From: Mobula hypostoma
Taxonomy: Eukaryota
NCBI RefSeq assembly: GCF_963921235.1
Contig: NC_086097.1
Coordinates: 12,958,001-13,022,000, forward strand
Reading direction: 5' to 3'
Length of the DNA: 64,000 bases
Below, piece after piece: positions 51,844 to 64,000 of the stretch (position 1 is the stretch's first letter; every line of letters begins with the position of its first letter). The position numbers and the translations under genes are program-made. The notes beneath the pieces were generated by a model that ran no database searches, had not been told where the DNA came from, and saw nothing but the letters and a program-made list of their open reading frames with translations.

Positions 51844-53157
51844 TTTGCATATTGGTTGTTTGTGTGCCTATGTTGTGCGCAATTCTTCACTGACTCTATT
51901 GTATTGCTTTGTATTTACTGTGAATGCCCATAAGACAATGAATTACAGGGTAGTATGTTGAGACATAGGTACTTTGTTAAAAAATTTATTTTGAACTTAA
52001 CTTTTTAAAAATCTTATTCAATATCAATTTATCACTGGATAGAATGATATATTTTAAAAGCTTTAGTATAAAAATATATCAGTCTACAAACTCTGGTTAA
52101 CTGTTCTTTCTGAAATGATCAACTATATCTGGACATGGAACAACACATTTTTCATACTCAAGTTTTCAGTGGCAGAAGGAATCAAGGGACCTTTAAAAAC
52201 AACGATGAAGGCAGTAGAGATCTTCAAGAAGTTCAGAGCAAGCTAGGCTTAACTGTGGAGAAATTTCAGAGATTAATGAGGAGCATAAATGAGAGACTAA
52301 ATCTGGAGGTTGCTCCTGCAGTTCAAGAGTATGGATTTTAGCAGCAATGAGTTGATGTTAGCAACAGTGCGATGCTAAAACATTTACATAAGATAATTTA
52401 AAGCTTAACTCAAAGTTGAAGGGGAGACAGGTAATGTTAATTGTTAGGTTTAGACCATGCAGAAGGACAGAAAGAGAAGACAAACCAGATAGAACTAATG
52501 CAGGTGACAGATTTTGGCTTTTGTCTGTGTTTACAAAGGATCCACTACTCAATTCAATCCTCAGAGTAATAATGTCTTTAATGAATCAGGAAGGTTGGAG
52601 TAGAGTCAGAGGAGTATTTGGTGGAGGGCAAAAGAAAGTTTTTCAGTATTATTTTGACATAAGGATAAACAGTGGATTCTGGTTTATTGGGACAGTGCAG
52701 GACCAGTACATACTGGCCTATTTAAGCCTATGCTCCTATTAGCTGAATCTTTATAGAAATAGTTAAAAAGGTATTAAAAGGACAAACCACTGCTTAACTA
52801 AGTAACAAATTATGCATTTTTAAATGAAATACAGAACAAAATAGAACACTATCAGTACTACCGGTGATTGTCTGTTGTATCCAACAATGACAGGAGCTGA
52901 CTTCCAGTACTACGACAGGCATGTCCCAATCTCATCGGCAAATGAGGCCCATTGGCTAGCCTCAGCGGATTTAGCCCACCTGTTGCAGCAGTGTACCAGG
53001 GTGTGGCCACGGTCACATGTACACAGCTACTTGGAGTTGCAGGTGAGACCTAAGTGTCCAGTGGGGACCAAAGACAACATTCAAGATGATTATCAATGCC
53101 TTCAAATTCTTCATAGTTCCTAACTTGTTGAGGTAGTGAAATCATTTTGTTTCACTC

Positions 53158-53375
53158 CCACAAAATGCTGGAGAAATTCAGCAGGCCAGGCACCATCTAT
53201 AGGAAAGAGTAAACAGTTGATGTTTCAGGCCAAGACCTTTCATGAGTCCTGATGAAGAATTTCAGCCTGAAACGTTGACTGTTTATACTTTTCCACAGAT
53301 GCTGGCTGGCCTGCTGAGTTTCTCCAGCATTTTGTGTGCATCACTTTGATTTCCAGCAACTGCAGATCTTCTCTT
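53158..53375 (+). mobile_element. Penelope-derived fold-back element, older copy; hammerhead core at 53245-53280
   Basis: Imperfect palindrome CACAAAATGCTGGAG...CTCCAGCATTTTGTG; AGTC-CTGATGA...GAAAC-GTT-GACT with stem II decayed. Confidence 0.8.
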
Positions 53376-53654
53376 TTTTAAATTTTATTCCCAGCCATTT
53401 CTGGCATCCCCAAGGCTGTATGCTTGAAACGGCAGTAAGCAAAACAGTTTTAAGTTGTCCTACTGCTTATTTCTTGTCAACTATCAGTGACAAAAATCAC
53501 TCTTTTTTGAACACAAGCATACACTACTGATTATCTAAAAATTGTTCACTTGAAGCACTGTGTAATGTCTAACAGCCACAGAAGCACACTTGAATGACCA
53601 TACTAAGTACTATAGTGCCCCAAATAAATGGAATCCCAGCTATTTTCTTGATTA

Positions 53655-54000
53655 GTTTTCGTTCTTTAGAAGTTGTACCACCTCCTCCTTCACCATTCCC
53701 CCATCCCCTTTTCGCTCTCTCACCTTATCACCTTGCCTGCCCATCACCTCCCTCTGGTAGTCCTCTCCCCCCCACCCCTTTTCTTTCTTCCCTGGCCTTC
53801 TGTCCTCTCCTATTAGATCCCACCTTCTCCAGCCCTGTATCTCTTTCACCAATCATCTTCCCAGCTCTTTACTTCATCCCTCCTTCTCCTGGTTTCACCT
53901 ATCACCTTGCATTTCTCCCTCCCCTCCCCCCACCTTTTAACTCTACTCCTTAGATGCTGCTTGACCTGCTGAGTTCCTCCAGCATTTTGTATATGTTGCT
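53655..54000 (+). mobile_element. Penelope-like 3' end fragment
   Basis: Pyrimidine-rich tract followed by AGATGCTGCTTGACCTGCTGAGTTCCTCCAGCATTTTGT. Confidence 0.75.
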
Positions 54001-54690
54001 CACCATACCATCTCAACATTGCAGCCCAACTCCTGTATTCAAAACATTGATTTATGAGGGCCAATGTACCAGAAGCTTTCTTTATGGCCCTATTTACCTG
54101 TGACGTCACTTTCAAGGAATCTGTATTCTCATATACCTCCATTCAACTGCACTCCTCAGCTCTCTTACGCATACTGTGTAAGACCTAGGCACGCTCGTTG
54201 ATCCTCCCAAAGTGCAACACCTCACACTTTAATTCCTTGCATTCAGTTTCTTCTGCCATTTCTGGCCCATTTTTTCCAGCTGGTCCAGATCCTACTGCAA
54301 GCATTAATAATCTTCCTTCAATTCTTCCTTTAATTGTCTCCCACTATACCCACAATCTTAATAATCTTCCTCACAACTCTTCCTTTAATAGTCTTCCAAT
54401 ACACCTGCAATCTTGGTGTCATCTGCAAATTTACTGATCCAGTTTATCACATTCCCATCCAGACTGTTGATATGGATGGCAAAAATCAATGGACCCAGCA
54501 CTGATTCCTACGGCACACCACTAGTCACAGGCCTCCAGTCAGATAGAGACTGCCATCTACTACCACTATCTGTCTTCTCCTTGAAGTCATTGTCTAATCC
54601 AACTTATTACCTCATCTTGACTGCCAAGCAACTGAACCTTCTTGACCAACATCCCATGCGGGACCTGGTCAATGGCCTTGCTAGAGTAAA
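54000..54690 (-). mobile_element. CR1 ORF2 RT fragment
   Basis: Minus strand VTSGVP.ESVLGPL.F, SKFADDTK. Confidence 0.75.
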
Positions 54691-55464
54691 GTTATCTAAA
54701 ACATATGGCAATAAGAAAAGGTGTAAATGAAGAAGAGAGAATTATCAGACTGGGGAAGAAAACTTGAAAGCATGCCACCAGTAAGAAGCAGAGACAGCAG
54801 AAAAGACATATGATTGGTGTCAAGGTATGGGAAATTTTCCAGAAAAGAGGAAGGAGATGGTCAAGAGAAAGGGATTAAATGCTGAGGGAAGCAAAAAAAA
54901 ATAGCACGCTTAAAATACTGGGGGAGCTCGGTAGGTCTGGCAACACTTATGAAGTGAAGTAAACTGTTGACATTTTGGGATGAGACCCTTCATCAGGACT
55001 CTAGTGAATTAATCAGCAATTTTAATAGCATTGTCTTGAAATAGTCTCACAGTATGATAACTTTTTAAAATAATTTGCATTGATTTTGAGGGCATCAAAG
55101 GAACTTCACCAAAAGGCAAACACATTAAAAAGGCTCCATGGGGCTTCTTAATTGGTGAACCTCTGATGCAGTTGAAATGGAACCAATTTTCCTCACTTCA
55201 TTTGCCGCTCACAGTGCAGGTGTATGCTGCCCCATTAAAATAAAACTGAGCTCAGTCAGCGGCAGCTGGCAACTGATGGTAGCATGTTTGATTTCCTTCC
55301 CAGTTTCCTGACCCACAGCTCAGCCACACTTATCACAACCAACAAGCAGACAGCTGGTCACTATTTTTTTTGCACCCTGCTACTTGGCTCAGGGTGGAAT
55401 AATCAGGACCTATTCATACTAATCTGTCACACTCAGAGAAGCATCAGAGTCGCCGCTCTATATT

Positions 55465-55979
55465 GCCCTGGTTAGACCTCACTTGGAGTAATGACATCAG
55501 TTCTGGTTGCCTCATTATAGGAAGGATATGCAACTTCTAAGAGGGTGCAGAGGAGATTCACCACGATGCTGCTTGAATTAGAGAGCATGTCTTATGAGGA
55601 AAGGTTGAACAAGCTAGGGTTGTTCTCTTTATAGTGAAGAAGGATGAGAGGTGAATTGATAGAGGTGTATATGATGATTGAAAAGCATTGAAAGAGTGGA
55701 CAACCAGCACCCTTTTACCCAGGGCAGAAATGGCTAATACAAGGGACACAATCTTAAAGTGACTGGGGAAGAGAGTGTAGGCGCATGGAACACATTGCAG
55801 TAGGAGATGGTAGAGTAAGATATATTACAGACATTTAAGAAAATCTTAATTAGGTACATACATGAAAAAAAATGGGGGACTATGTGGGGAGGGAAGGGTT
55901 AAATTGATCTTGGAGTAAGTTGAAAGGTCAGCACAACTTTATGAGCCAATGGCCTGTATTGTGCTGTACTGTTTTATAT
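55465..55979 (+). mobile_element. CR1 3' fragment whose tail is the Chapaev3-like insertion site
   Basis: LVRPHLE...QFW; the tail resumes as TATTCTATGTT after 58011. Confidence 0.78.
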
Positions 55980-58011
55980 CACTGGACAACGATTATTTTT
56001 CAGAAGTATTGCTTTCTCAGAATTTTTGTTTTGGTTTATGATAAACAGCTTGAAGCTGAACACAAATAGAATTTCAGACTACTTTTATTATGAAGGAATT
56101 TAGAGAACCAAGAAATCAGCAATTTAAATGGATATGGGAAAGCCAGTGGATGTAGTGTACCTGGACTTTCAGAAAGCCTTTGATAAGGTCCCACATAGAG
56201 GTTAGTGTGCAAAATTAGAGCAAATGGTATTGGGGGTAGGGTACTGACGTGGATAGAAAATTGGTTGGCAGACAGGAAACAAAGAGTAGGGATTAATGGG
56301 TCCTTTTCAGAATGGCAGGCAGAGACTAGTGGGGTACAGCAATGCTCAGTGCTGTGACCGCAGCTATTTAGAATATACATTAATGATTTAGATGAAGGGA
56401 TTAAAAGTAACATTAGCAAATTTGCAGATGACACAAAGTTGGGTGGCAGTGTGAAATGTGAGGAGGATGTTATGAGAATGCAGGGTGACTTGGACAGGTT
56501 GGGTGAGTGGGCAGATGCAGTTTAATGTGGATAAATGTGAGGTTATCCACTTTGGTGGCAAGAACAGGAAGGCAGATTACTATCTGAATGGTGTCAAGTT
56601 AGGAGAAGGGGAAGTACAATGAGATCTAGGTGTCCTTGTTCATCAGTCATTGAAAGTAAGCATGCAGGTACAGCAGGCAGTGAAGAAAGCTAATGGCATG
56701 TTGGCCTTCATAACAAGGGGAATTGCGTATAGGAGCAAAGAGGTCCTTCTGCAGTTGTACAGGGCCCTGGTGTGACCACACCTGGAGTATTGTGTACAGT
56801 TTTGGTCTCCAAATTTGAGGAAGGACATTCTAGCTATTGAGGGAGTGCAGCGTAGGTTAATGAGGTTAATTCCGGGGATGGCGCGACTGTCATATGTTGA
56901 AAGATTGGAGCAACTGGGGTTATATACACTGGAATTTAGAAGGATGAGAGGGGATCTGATTGAAACATGTAAGATTATTAGGGGATTGGACAAACTAGAG
57001 GCAGGAAACATGTTCCCGATGTTGGGGGAGTCCAGAACCAAAGGCCACAGTTTAGGAGTAAGGGGAGACAATTTAGAACGGAGTTAAGGAAAAACATTTT
57101 CACACAGAGGGTTGTGGTTCTGTGGAATGCTCTGCCTCAGAAGGCAGTGGAGGCCAGTTCTCTGGATTCTTTCAAAAAAGAGTTAGATGGAGCTCTTAAA
57201 GATAGCGGAGTGAAGGAATATGGGGAGAAGGCAGGAAAAGGGTACTGATTGTGGATGATCAGCCATGATCACAGTGAATGGTGGTGCTGGCTCGAAGGGC
57301 TGATCGGCCTACTCCTGCACCAATTGTCTATTGGCTATAAATTAATTAATTAAATTTATTAAATAATTGTGTTTCATTTCATATCGATTCTGATGCTTTG
57401 CAATAGTTCAACTAAGCTAAATATTTTGGTGATGATTTTCATTTGTACTCAGAGTCTAAGGCTTCTTGCTTAAGTGTCCAACAATAATCATCCAACATTG
57501 ATGGATTCCAGTTGCCCCGATACAGTCTCTCCATGGCTTCAATGTCCTGGTGAAACCTTTCATCATGCTCTTCACTGACAGCCCCAAGATTTGCAGAGAA
57601 GTCAAAATGGGAACACAGCAAATGAATCTTTAGTGACATGCTGTACTTCATAGTTTTGCATGCTTGAAGCATGTTTTCCACCAGCTGCATGCTGTTTGGT
57701 GCTCCGTAGTTGCCAAGGAAATTTTCAACCAAATGCTTGAACTCTTTCCATGCAAGTTTTGTCCAATCCCACTCGAAGTTTCCTGAATTGCCTGTCATTG
57801 ATAACTGATTTGATCTGTTGTCCAACAAAAATGCCTTCCTTAATCTTGGTGTCAGTTATTCTGACTTGAATTATACATTGAAATAACAATTATTGGTGAT
57901 TCAAAAAATGGTGGGTGAAAGGGAAATTTCATGGTGATTTTCATGATCAGAAGCACAAAATCCATAAATACTCCCAAAAGTATTCAGGAAATACAAATTT
58001 GTTGTCCATTA
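55980..58011 (-). mobile_element. Chapaev3-like (CMC) DNA transposon, internally deleted, interrupted by a CR1
   Basis: Terminus CACTGGACAAC with decayed inverted copy GTTGTCCATTA; 3-bp TAT at both flanks; ORF 57439-57828 has MSLKIHLL.SH.DF..NLGAVSEEH.ERFHQDI..ME..Y.G.W...ML.DYCW. Confidence 0.72.
56130..57338 (+). mobile_element. CR1 LINE RT to 3' end, nested in the Chapaev3-like element
   Basis: VDVVYLDFQKAFDKV, YINDLD, SKFADDTK, KDILAIEGVQRR. Confidence 0.9.
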
Positions 58012-58329
58012 TATTCTATGTTATAAAAATACATTACAGTCATCAGAGTCAGAATCAGAATCACTTTATTGCCATTATGTGAAACATAACAGAATTGATC
58101 GTGGTTCAGTGCCAAGCATATAACACAGGGCAATACTATAACAGCAACACAATAGCAACCAACAATTTACCAGATAATTGTGCAGCAGTGAGCAATCAAC
58201 AATTAACAGATGGTCACATGCACAAATGTCAACACTCAAAGTTAAATAAATGTGAACATACGAACAGACTCAATATTTATCAGCAGAACAAGGAGAGCAG
58301 GAAAGAACATTTAACGGATGTTAGAGCAT

Positions 58330-59242
58330 AAGGCCAGAAGACACCGGAGCAGAATGAGGGCATTGTCTCCCTTTCTCTTCACCATTTACACCTCGGATTT
58401 CAACTACTGCACAGAGTCTTGTCATCTTCAGAAGTTTTCGGATGACTCTGCCATAGTTGGATGCATCAGCAAGGGAGATGAGGCTGAGTACAGGGCTACA
58501 ATAGGAAACTTTGTCACATGGTGTGAGCAGAATTATCTGCAGCTTAATGTGAAAAAGACTAAAAAGCTGGTGGTAGACCTGAGGAGAGCTAAGGTACCGG
58601 TGACCCCTGTTTCCATCCAGGGGGTCAGTGTGGACATGGTGGAGGATTACAAATACTTGGGGATACGAATTGACAATGAACTGGACTGGTCTAAGAACAC
58701 TGAGGCTGTCTACAAGGAGGGTCAGAGCCGTCTCTATTTCCTGAGGATACTGAGGTCCTTTAACCAGTGCTATCATGTTTGCTGTTGTGTGCTGGGGCAG
58801 CAGGCTGAGGGTGGCAGACACCAACAGAATCAACAAACTCATTCGTAAGGCCAGTGATGTTGTGGGGATGGAACTGGACTCTCTCACGGTGGTGTCTGAA
58901 AAGAGGATGCTGTCCAAGTTGCATGCCATCTTGGTCAATGTCTCCCATCCACTACATAATGTACTGGTTAGGCACAGGAGTACATTCAGCCAGAGACTCA
59001 TTCCACCGAGATGCAACACAGAGCGTCATAGGAAGTCATTCCTGCCTGTGGCCATCAACTTTACAGCTCCTCCCTTGGAGGGTCAGACACCCTGAGCCAA
59101 TAGGCTGGTCCTGGACTTATTTCCTGGCATAATTTACATATTACTATTTAACTATTTATGGTTCTATTACTATTTATTATTTATGGTGCAACTGTAACGA
59201 AAACCAAATTCCCCCGGGATCAATAAAGTATGACTATGACTA
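58330..59242 (+). mobile_element. Rex1/Babar-type LINE 3' portion (young family)
   Basis: LSPFLFTIYTSD, LQKFSDDSAIVG, LQLNVKKTK.LVVD; AATAAA plus (GACTAT)n tail. Confidence 0.88.
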
Positions 59243-60934
59243 CCACTACTATTCAGCTGATTGATTCTGCTCCAACATTTCATCATGGCTGATCCAGGAT
59301 CTCATTCAACCCCAATACACCTGCCCTCGCACTGTATCCCTTGATGCCCTGACTAATCAGAAGTCTATCAACATCCACTTTGAATATACCCACATACCTG
59401 GAATCCACTGCAGTCTGCGGCAGACTATTCCACAGATTCACCACTCTTTGGCTTAAAAAAATCCTCCTTACTTCTGTTTTAAAAGGTTGCCCCTCAGTTT
59501 TGATGTTGTGCAGGGACAGTGAGGGTATTACACCTGAGTGAGTTTTGTTGAGAAGCTGGATAGCCACTGGAAAAGAAGCTTCAGAGCTGACATGAAGTCC
59601 TGGTGTTGGTGGACCTGTACAGTCTCCCTGATGGCAATTTGGAGAACAGGTGATGATCTTCCAAATATTTTGTGGAGCTTGCGATTCTTTTACGGTAGTG
59701 TCAGAGTGCTGGAGCAGGGATCCAAATGCAGACCCAGTGATATTAATTGAGTAGGAAATCCTGAGGTGTGAACAAAGTCGGCGTCAAAGTTCAGGCAGAG
59801 ATCGAATATCCAGAGAAATCCAAAAACCAGAATTGGGAAACAGGCAGAGTCGATATTCAGACTGATAGCTAGGGGAAAACGCACAAAAAGACAGAGTTTG
59901 ACTGGAGGTACTAATAGGTAGTGACATACCACGTTTTTCTTCAGACTGGGGAAGGCACTTACATTTCTAATATTCATTATAGTTTTTTTAGTATTGGTTT
60001 ATTCTTGTTACCTACTGTGATACAGCAAAAAGCTTTCATTTTGTGTACTATTCAGACAGATCATGCCATAGATAATTAAATTGAATGAGATTCAGAATCA
60101 GAATCACATATAATATCACTGACATATGTCTTGAAATTTGTTGTTCTGCAATGCAAAATAATGTAATACTCTCACCTAACCCTAAACCTGGCCCACACCC
60201 CTACAAACCTAAGCTCCCTCACTGCCAGGTCCCAGTCTCTCTCTCTGCTAATAGGCCTTCACTTCCATCTCGCAACCCACCCCTAATCCTAACATCCGCA
60301 CCTCTCCCTCACATCCCAACAAACCCTGGCACACACAGAGTTGCAGTTGAAGGGAAAGTACGGTGCATGTAGACAAATAAAGTTTATGACAAGGTTGTTC
60401 GGGAGATTAATATTTCAATACTTTATTTTAGTGCATGAGAGGTTAGTAGACATGTCTGATCACAGTGGAGGCCCAGATAATCAAATGTGTATTTCTCAAC
60501 AGTGCTTTTTGATTTTTCACCTTCTGGCTGCAATCCACATGCTCCTGCTCTCCTTAGGCTGCCTTTCCACCTTCCTCAATAATTTCTCTTCTTTTATCTG
60601 TTGCATGGCAGCATAAGTGGAAAATAATCAGTGTTTGAGATTCCTAACAGCTGAAGTACGTCAGTTTCTATATTCAGCTCACTGTGAAACCTTCCATGTT
60701 TGGCTCCAATTTCCAATTCTGATTAACTGTGGGACTGACCAAAGAGAATTCATTGCCCACTATCTTTCCCTTAGTATCCTGGAACCTACCATCCTCCAAG
60801 CCAGAGCTCGAATGGACTGCTTAAAATTGCAGTGATTCAGACCCATCAGAATGCTCCTATTGAGCCAATCTGGCTCCTATGAAGCGATACCATCCCCTCA
60901 TTACTTTTTCCTGTAACCTAGTTACACTCACTTT

Positions 60935-61385
60935 TAAGGGTATTGACACTTAGGATATTATATAGAAGTTGTATAAGACATTGGTGAGCCCTAATTTGGA
61001 GTTGTGTGTGCAGTTTTGATCACTTGCCTACAGGATAGATGTAAATAAGGTTGAATGTCTACAGAGAAAAATTACAAGGATGTTGCCGGCTCTGGAGGAC
61101 CTGAGATATAAGGTAAGATCAATTAGGTTATGACTTAATTCTCTGGAATGTAGAAGATTAAGAGGAGACTTGATAGAGGTATAGAAAATTATGAAGGATA
61201 TAGGTAGGGTAAATGCAAGCAGGCTTTTTCCACTGAAGTTGTGTGGGACCACAACCAGAAGTCATGGGTTAAAAGTGAAAGGAGAAAACTGTAAGTGGAA
61301 CATGAAAGAAAACTTCTTCACTCAGAGGGTCATGAGAGTGTGAAATAAGCTGCCAGCACAAGTGGTGTATGTGAGTTTGATTTCA
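60935..61385 (+). mobile_element. CR1 3' fragment (another at approx 59270-59510, minus strand)
   Basis: Nucleotide homology to the 38093-38734 copy. Confidence 0.78.
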
Positions 61386-62734
61386 ACCAAAGCCTCTCTT
61401 TGTCTTTCACAGTACTCTGGCTTTGCCTTCTCTTGTTAGCTATGGTTGTGTCATCTTGCTTTTAGAATACTTCCTCTTCGGGATAAATATATACCCTGTG
61501 CCTTCTGAATTGCTTCCATAAATTCCAGCTATTACTGCTTTGCCATCATCCCTGCCAGTGTTCTTTTCTAATCAATTGTGGCCAACTCCTCTCTCATGCC
61601 TCTGCAATTCCCTTTACTGCACTGTAATACTGATACATCTGGTTTAGCCTCTATTTCTGAAATTTCAGGGTGAATTTGACCATATTATGATCATATCCCC
61701 AAGGGTTCTTTTACCTCAAGCTCTCTAACTAATTCTGGTTTATTGCACAATACTCAGTCCAGAATAGTTGATCCCCTACTGGGCTCAGCTACAAGCTGCT
61801 CTAAAAAGCCATCTTGTAGGCATGCTAGAAATACCCCCTCTTGTAATCCAGCACCAACCTGATTTTCCCAATCTATCTGCACATTGAAATTCCCCATAAC
61901 TATTGTAACATTGCCCATTTGGCGTGCATTTTCTATCTCTCGTTGCAACTTGTAGACCCCATCCTTAATACTGTTTGAAGGTTTGTATACAACTCCCATG
62001 AGGGTGTTTTTACCCTTGCAGTTCCTTAGCTCTATCCGCAATGATTCAACACCTTTCGACCCTATGTCACCACTTTCTAATGATTTGGCTTCATTTTTTA
62101 CCAACAGATCAATGCCACCCCCTCTACCTTCCTGCCTGTCTTTTCAATACAATGTGTATCCTTGGGCATTAAGCTCCCAGTTATACTCCTCTTTCAGCCA
62201 TGATTCAACAATGCAGCTACACCACACATACCATTCTGTAACTGTGCTACAAATTCATCGACCTTACACTGTATGCTGCTTGCATTCAAATACAACGCCT
62301 TCAGTCATGCCTTCACTTTTTTCGATTTTGTCCACCTTTTGCATAGCAACAAATCCTGTTGACTGCAATTTTCCCCTTAGATCAGCCTTTCCTTGCTAGG
62401 AGTCTCACTACTGATTACTTCTGTTTGTAAACCAACTACCCAATCTTCAGCATTATCACTCTGATTCCCACCCCCTTGCCAAATTAGTTTAAACCCACTA
62501 GAACAACTCTAGCCCACCTGCCCATAAGCGTATCGGACCCCCTTGGGTTCAGATGTAAACCATCCCTCTTGTACAGGTCATACCTTCCCCAGAAAAGATC
62601 CCAATGATCCATAAATCTGAATGCCTGCCCCCTGCACCAGTTCCTCAGCCACACATTCAAAGATTCAAAGTATGCAACTCTGAAATTCTTCAATTTTCCA
62701 GGTAACCATGAAACCAAGAAAGAAAAGAAAGTTA

Positions 62735-63020
62735 GCTCGATCATCAACCCCCGAATCCCTCTTCCCACACAAAAAACAGCAAAAGGATTAAGCATATTCT
62801 CCAAATTCCTCCTCCTGCACAAAAAAAACAAACAGAATGGATCAGGTGCATCAACCCCTAAATCTCTCCTCCTGCACAAAAAAATGAGCAAAAGGGATCA
62901 AGCACATTGACAACAAATCTCTCCTCCTGCACAAAAAAAAAACAACAAAATGATCGGGCATGTCAATCCCCAAATCCCTCTCCTTGCATAACCCACCCCC
63001 ACTAAAAAAAAGATCGGGCA
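62735..63020. repeat. Imperfect tandem repeat (approx 55-bp unit, about 5 copies) inside an unclassified insertion (62660-63397)
   Basis: Recurring GGATCA.GCA.ATC..CCCCAAATCTCTCCTCCTGCACAAAAAAA units. Confidence 0.75.
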
Positions 63021-63397
63021 AAAAAACAGAGTATATAAAAATGACAAGACTGAAAAATAGAGTCTATAGTCCAAAATCCACATCGAAAATGCAGAAAAAA
63101 CCTGGGTACACTCTCTGTCCAGACACAGCAGCAGGATCTCCCCTCTCTGGTGCAGAGCAACTGATAAAAAGACAGGCGGCCAGCACTCACCCTCTGCACT
63201 TGCTTCGAAGCTTCAGTCTCACTTGTCACTTTAATTGGCAAAATGGAGTCAAACATTGGCTTGCACCCCGTCCTACAGCCAGCCCACTACAAGGTTCGCA
63301 CACGCTGCCTCTGTCTCTTGGAATCCTCTCAGAGACTGCAGAGCACTGGAACATGCAAACGGTCTCCAAACAGCCTCACTTGCCTTGATGTTTCAAT

Positions 63398-63823
63398 TCA
63401 TAGTCATAGTCATACTTTATTGATCCAGGGAGAAATTGGATTTTCATTACAGTTGCTCCATAAATAATAAATAGTAATAAAACCATAAATAGTTAAATAG
63501 TGATATGTAAATTATGCCAGTAAATTATGAAATAAGTCCAGGACCAGCCTATTGGCTCAGGGTGTCTGACCCTCCAAGAGAGGAGTTGTAAAGTTTGATG
63601 GCCACAGGCAGGAATGAGTTCCTATGACGCTCTGTGCTGCATCTCGGTGGAATGAGTCTCTGGCTGAATGTATTCCTGTGCCTAACCAGTACATTATGTA
63701 GTGGATGGGAGACATTGTCCAAGATGGCATGCAACTTGGACAGCATCCTCTTTTCAGACACCATCCTGAGAGAGTCCAGTTCCATCCCCACAACATCACT
63801 GGCCTTATGAATGAGTTTGTTCA
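63398..63823 (-). mobile_element. Rex1/Babar-type 3' fragment, same young family
   Basis: KASDVVGMELDSL..SEKRMLSKLHAIL; reverse-complement (GACTAT)n tail. Confidence 0.88.
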
Positions 63824-64000
63824 CCTGAGAAATCATCCTATTTGCACCCTCACTAGCACATTGTACAGACAGCAATCCAGAGATTACTACCTTAAAGCTC
63901 CTGTTTTTCAGCTTCCCAACATCTCTCTTCAGGACCTCCACATCTTGTCTACCTACATCGTTGTTGCCAATATGCACCAGGACTTCTGGTTGGACACCCT

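Larger units (their letters stand above)
61388..64000 (-). mobile_element. CR1 ORF1 (esterase) / endonuclease region, split by two nested insertions (62660-63823)
   Basis: HIGNNDV, VVISGLL (63823-64000); FMDHWDLFWGRYDLYKRDGLHLN (62484-62660); GVVYKP, IVMGNFN, LQDGFLEQLV (61754-62104). Confidence 0.85.

Noticed and set aside
52135..52341. 68-aa ORF with protein-like composition
   Set aside because: No recognisable family or splice context; length is expected by chance
54965..55000. Active hammerhead on the minus strand
   Set aside because: The conserved G of GAAA is mutated and stems I and II are weakened; counted only as a decayed copy
62735..63020. CRISPR-like array
   Set aside because: Degenerate tandem units without unique spacers, in a eukaryotic context with no cas genes
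63549..63977. 142-aa ORF as a novel fusion protein
   Set aside because: Chance in-frame junction of a CR1 ORF1 remnant with an inserted Rex1 3' fragment

Overview
This is repeat-saturated vertebrate DNA, inferred from its repeat families (HE1-like V-SINEs, Penelope-type terminal repeats, CR1 and Rex1/Babar LINEs) to come from a cartilaginous fish, probably a ray. I found no credible host protein-coding exon, and every ORF I can recognise is transposon-derived. Main structures: (1) A full-length Gmr1-like Gypsy LTR retrotransposon (26865-34766, minus strand) with an ATTG TSD, a tRNA-Pro PBS, integrase upstream of RT, and four nested insertions. (2) A full-length Mag/K02A2.6-like Gypsy (37903-42923, CTCAC TSD) nested in the RT of an older Gypsy, with a CR1 inserted into its PBS. 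(3) A Sleeping Beauty-like Tc1 (48572-50194) that has two right ends and no left end. (4) A Chapaev3-like DNA transposon remnant (55980-58011) and a hAT/Charlie MITE (24340-24932). (5) More than 15 Penelope-derived short repeats, several of them fold-back palindromes carrying a minimal hammerhead ribozyme core (CUGANGA-stem II-GAAAC-GUH). One sits in-frame in the Gmr1 integrase zinc-binding domain with a 15-bp TSD. All family names come from motif recognition, not database searches.
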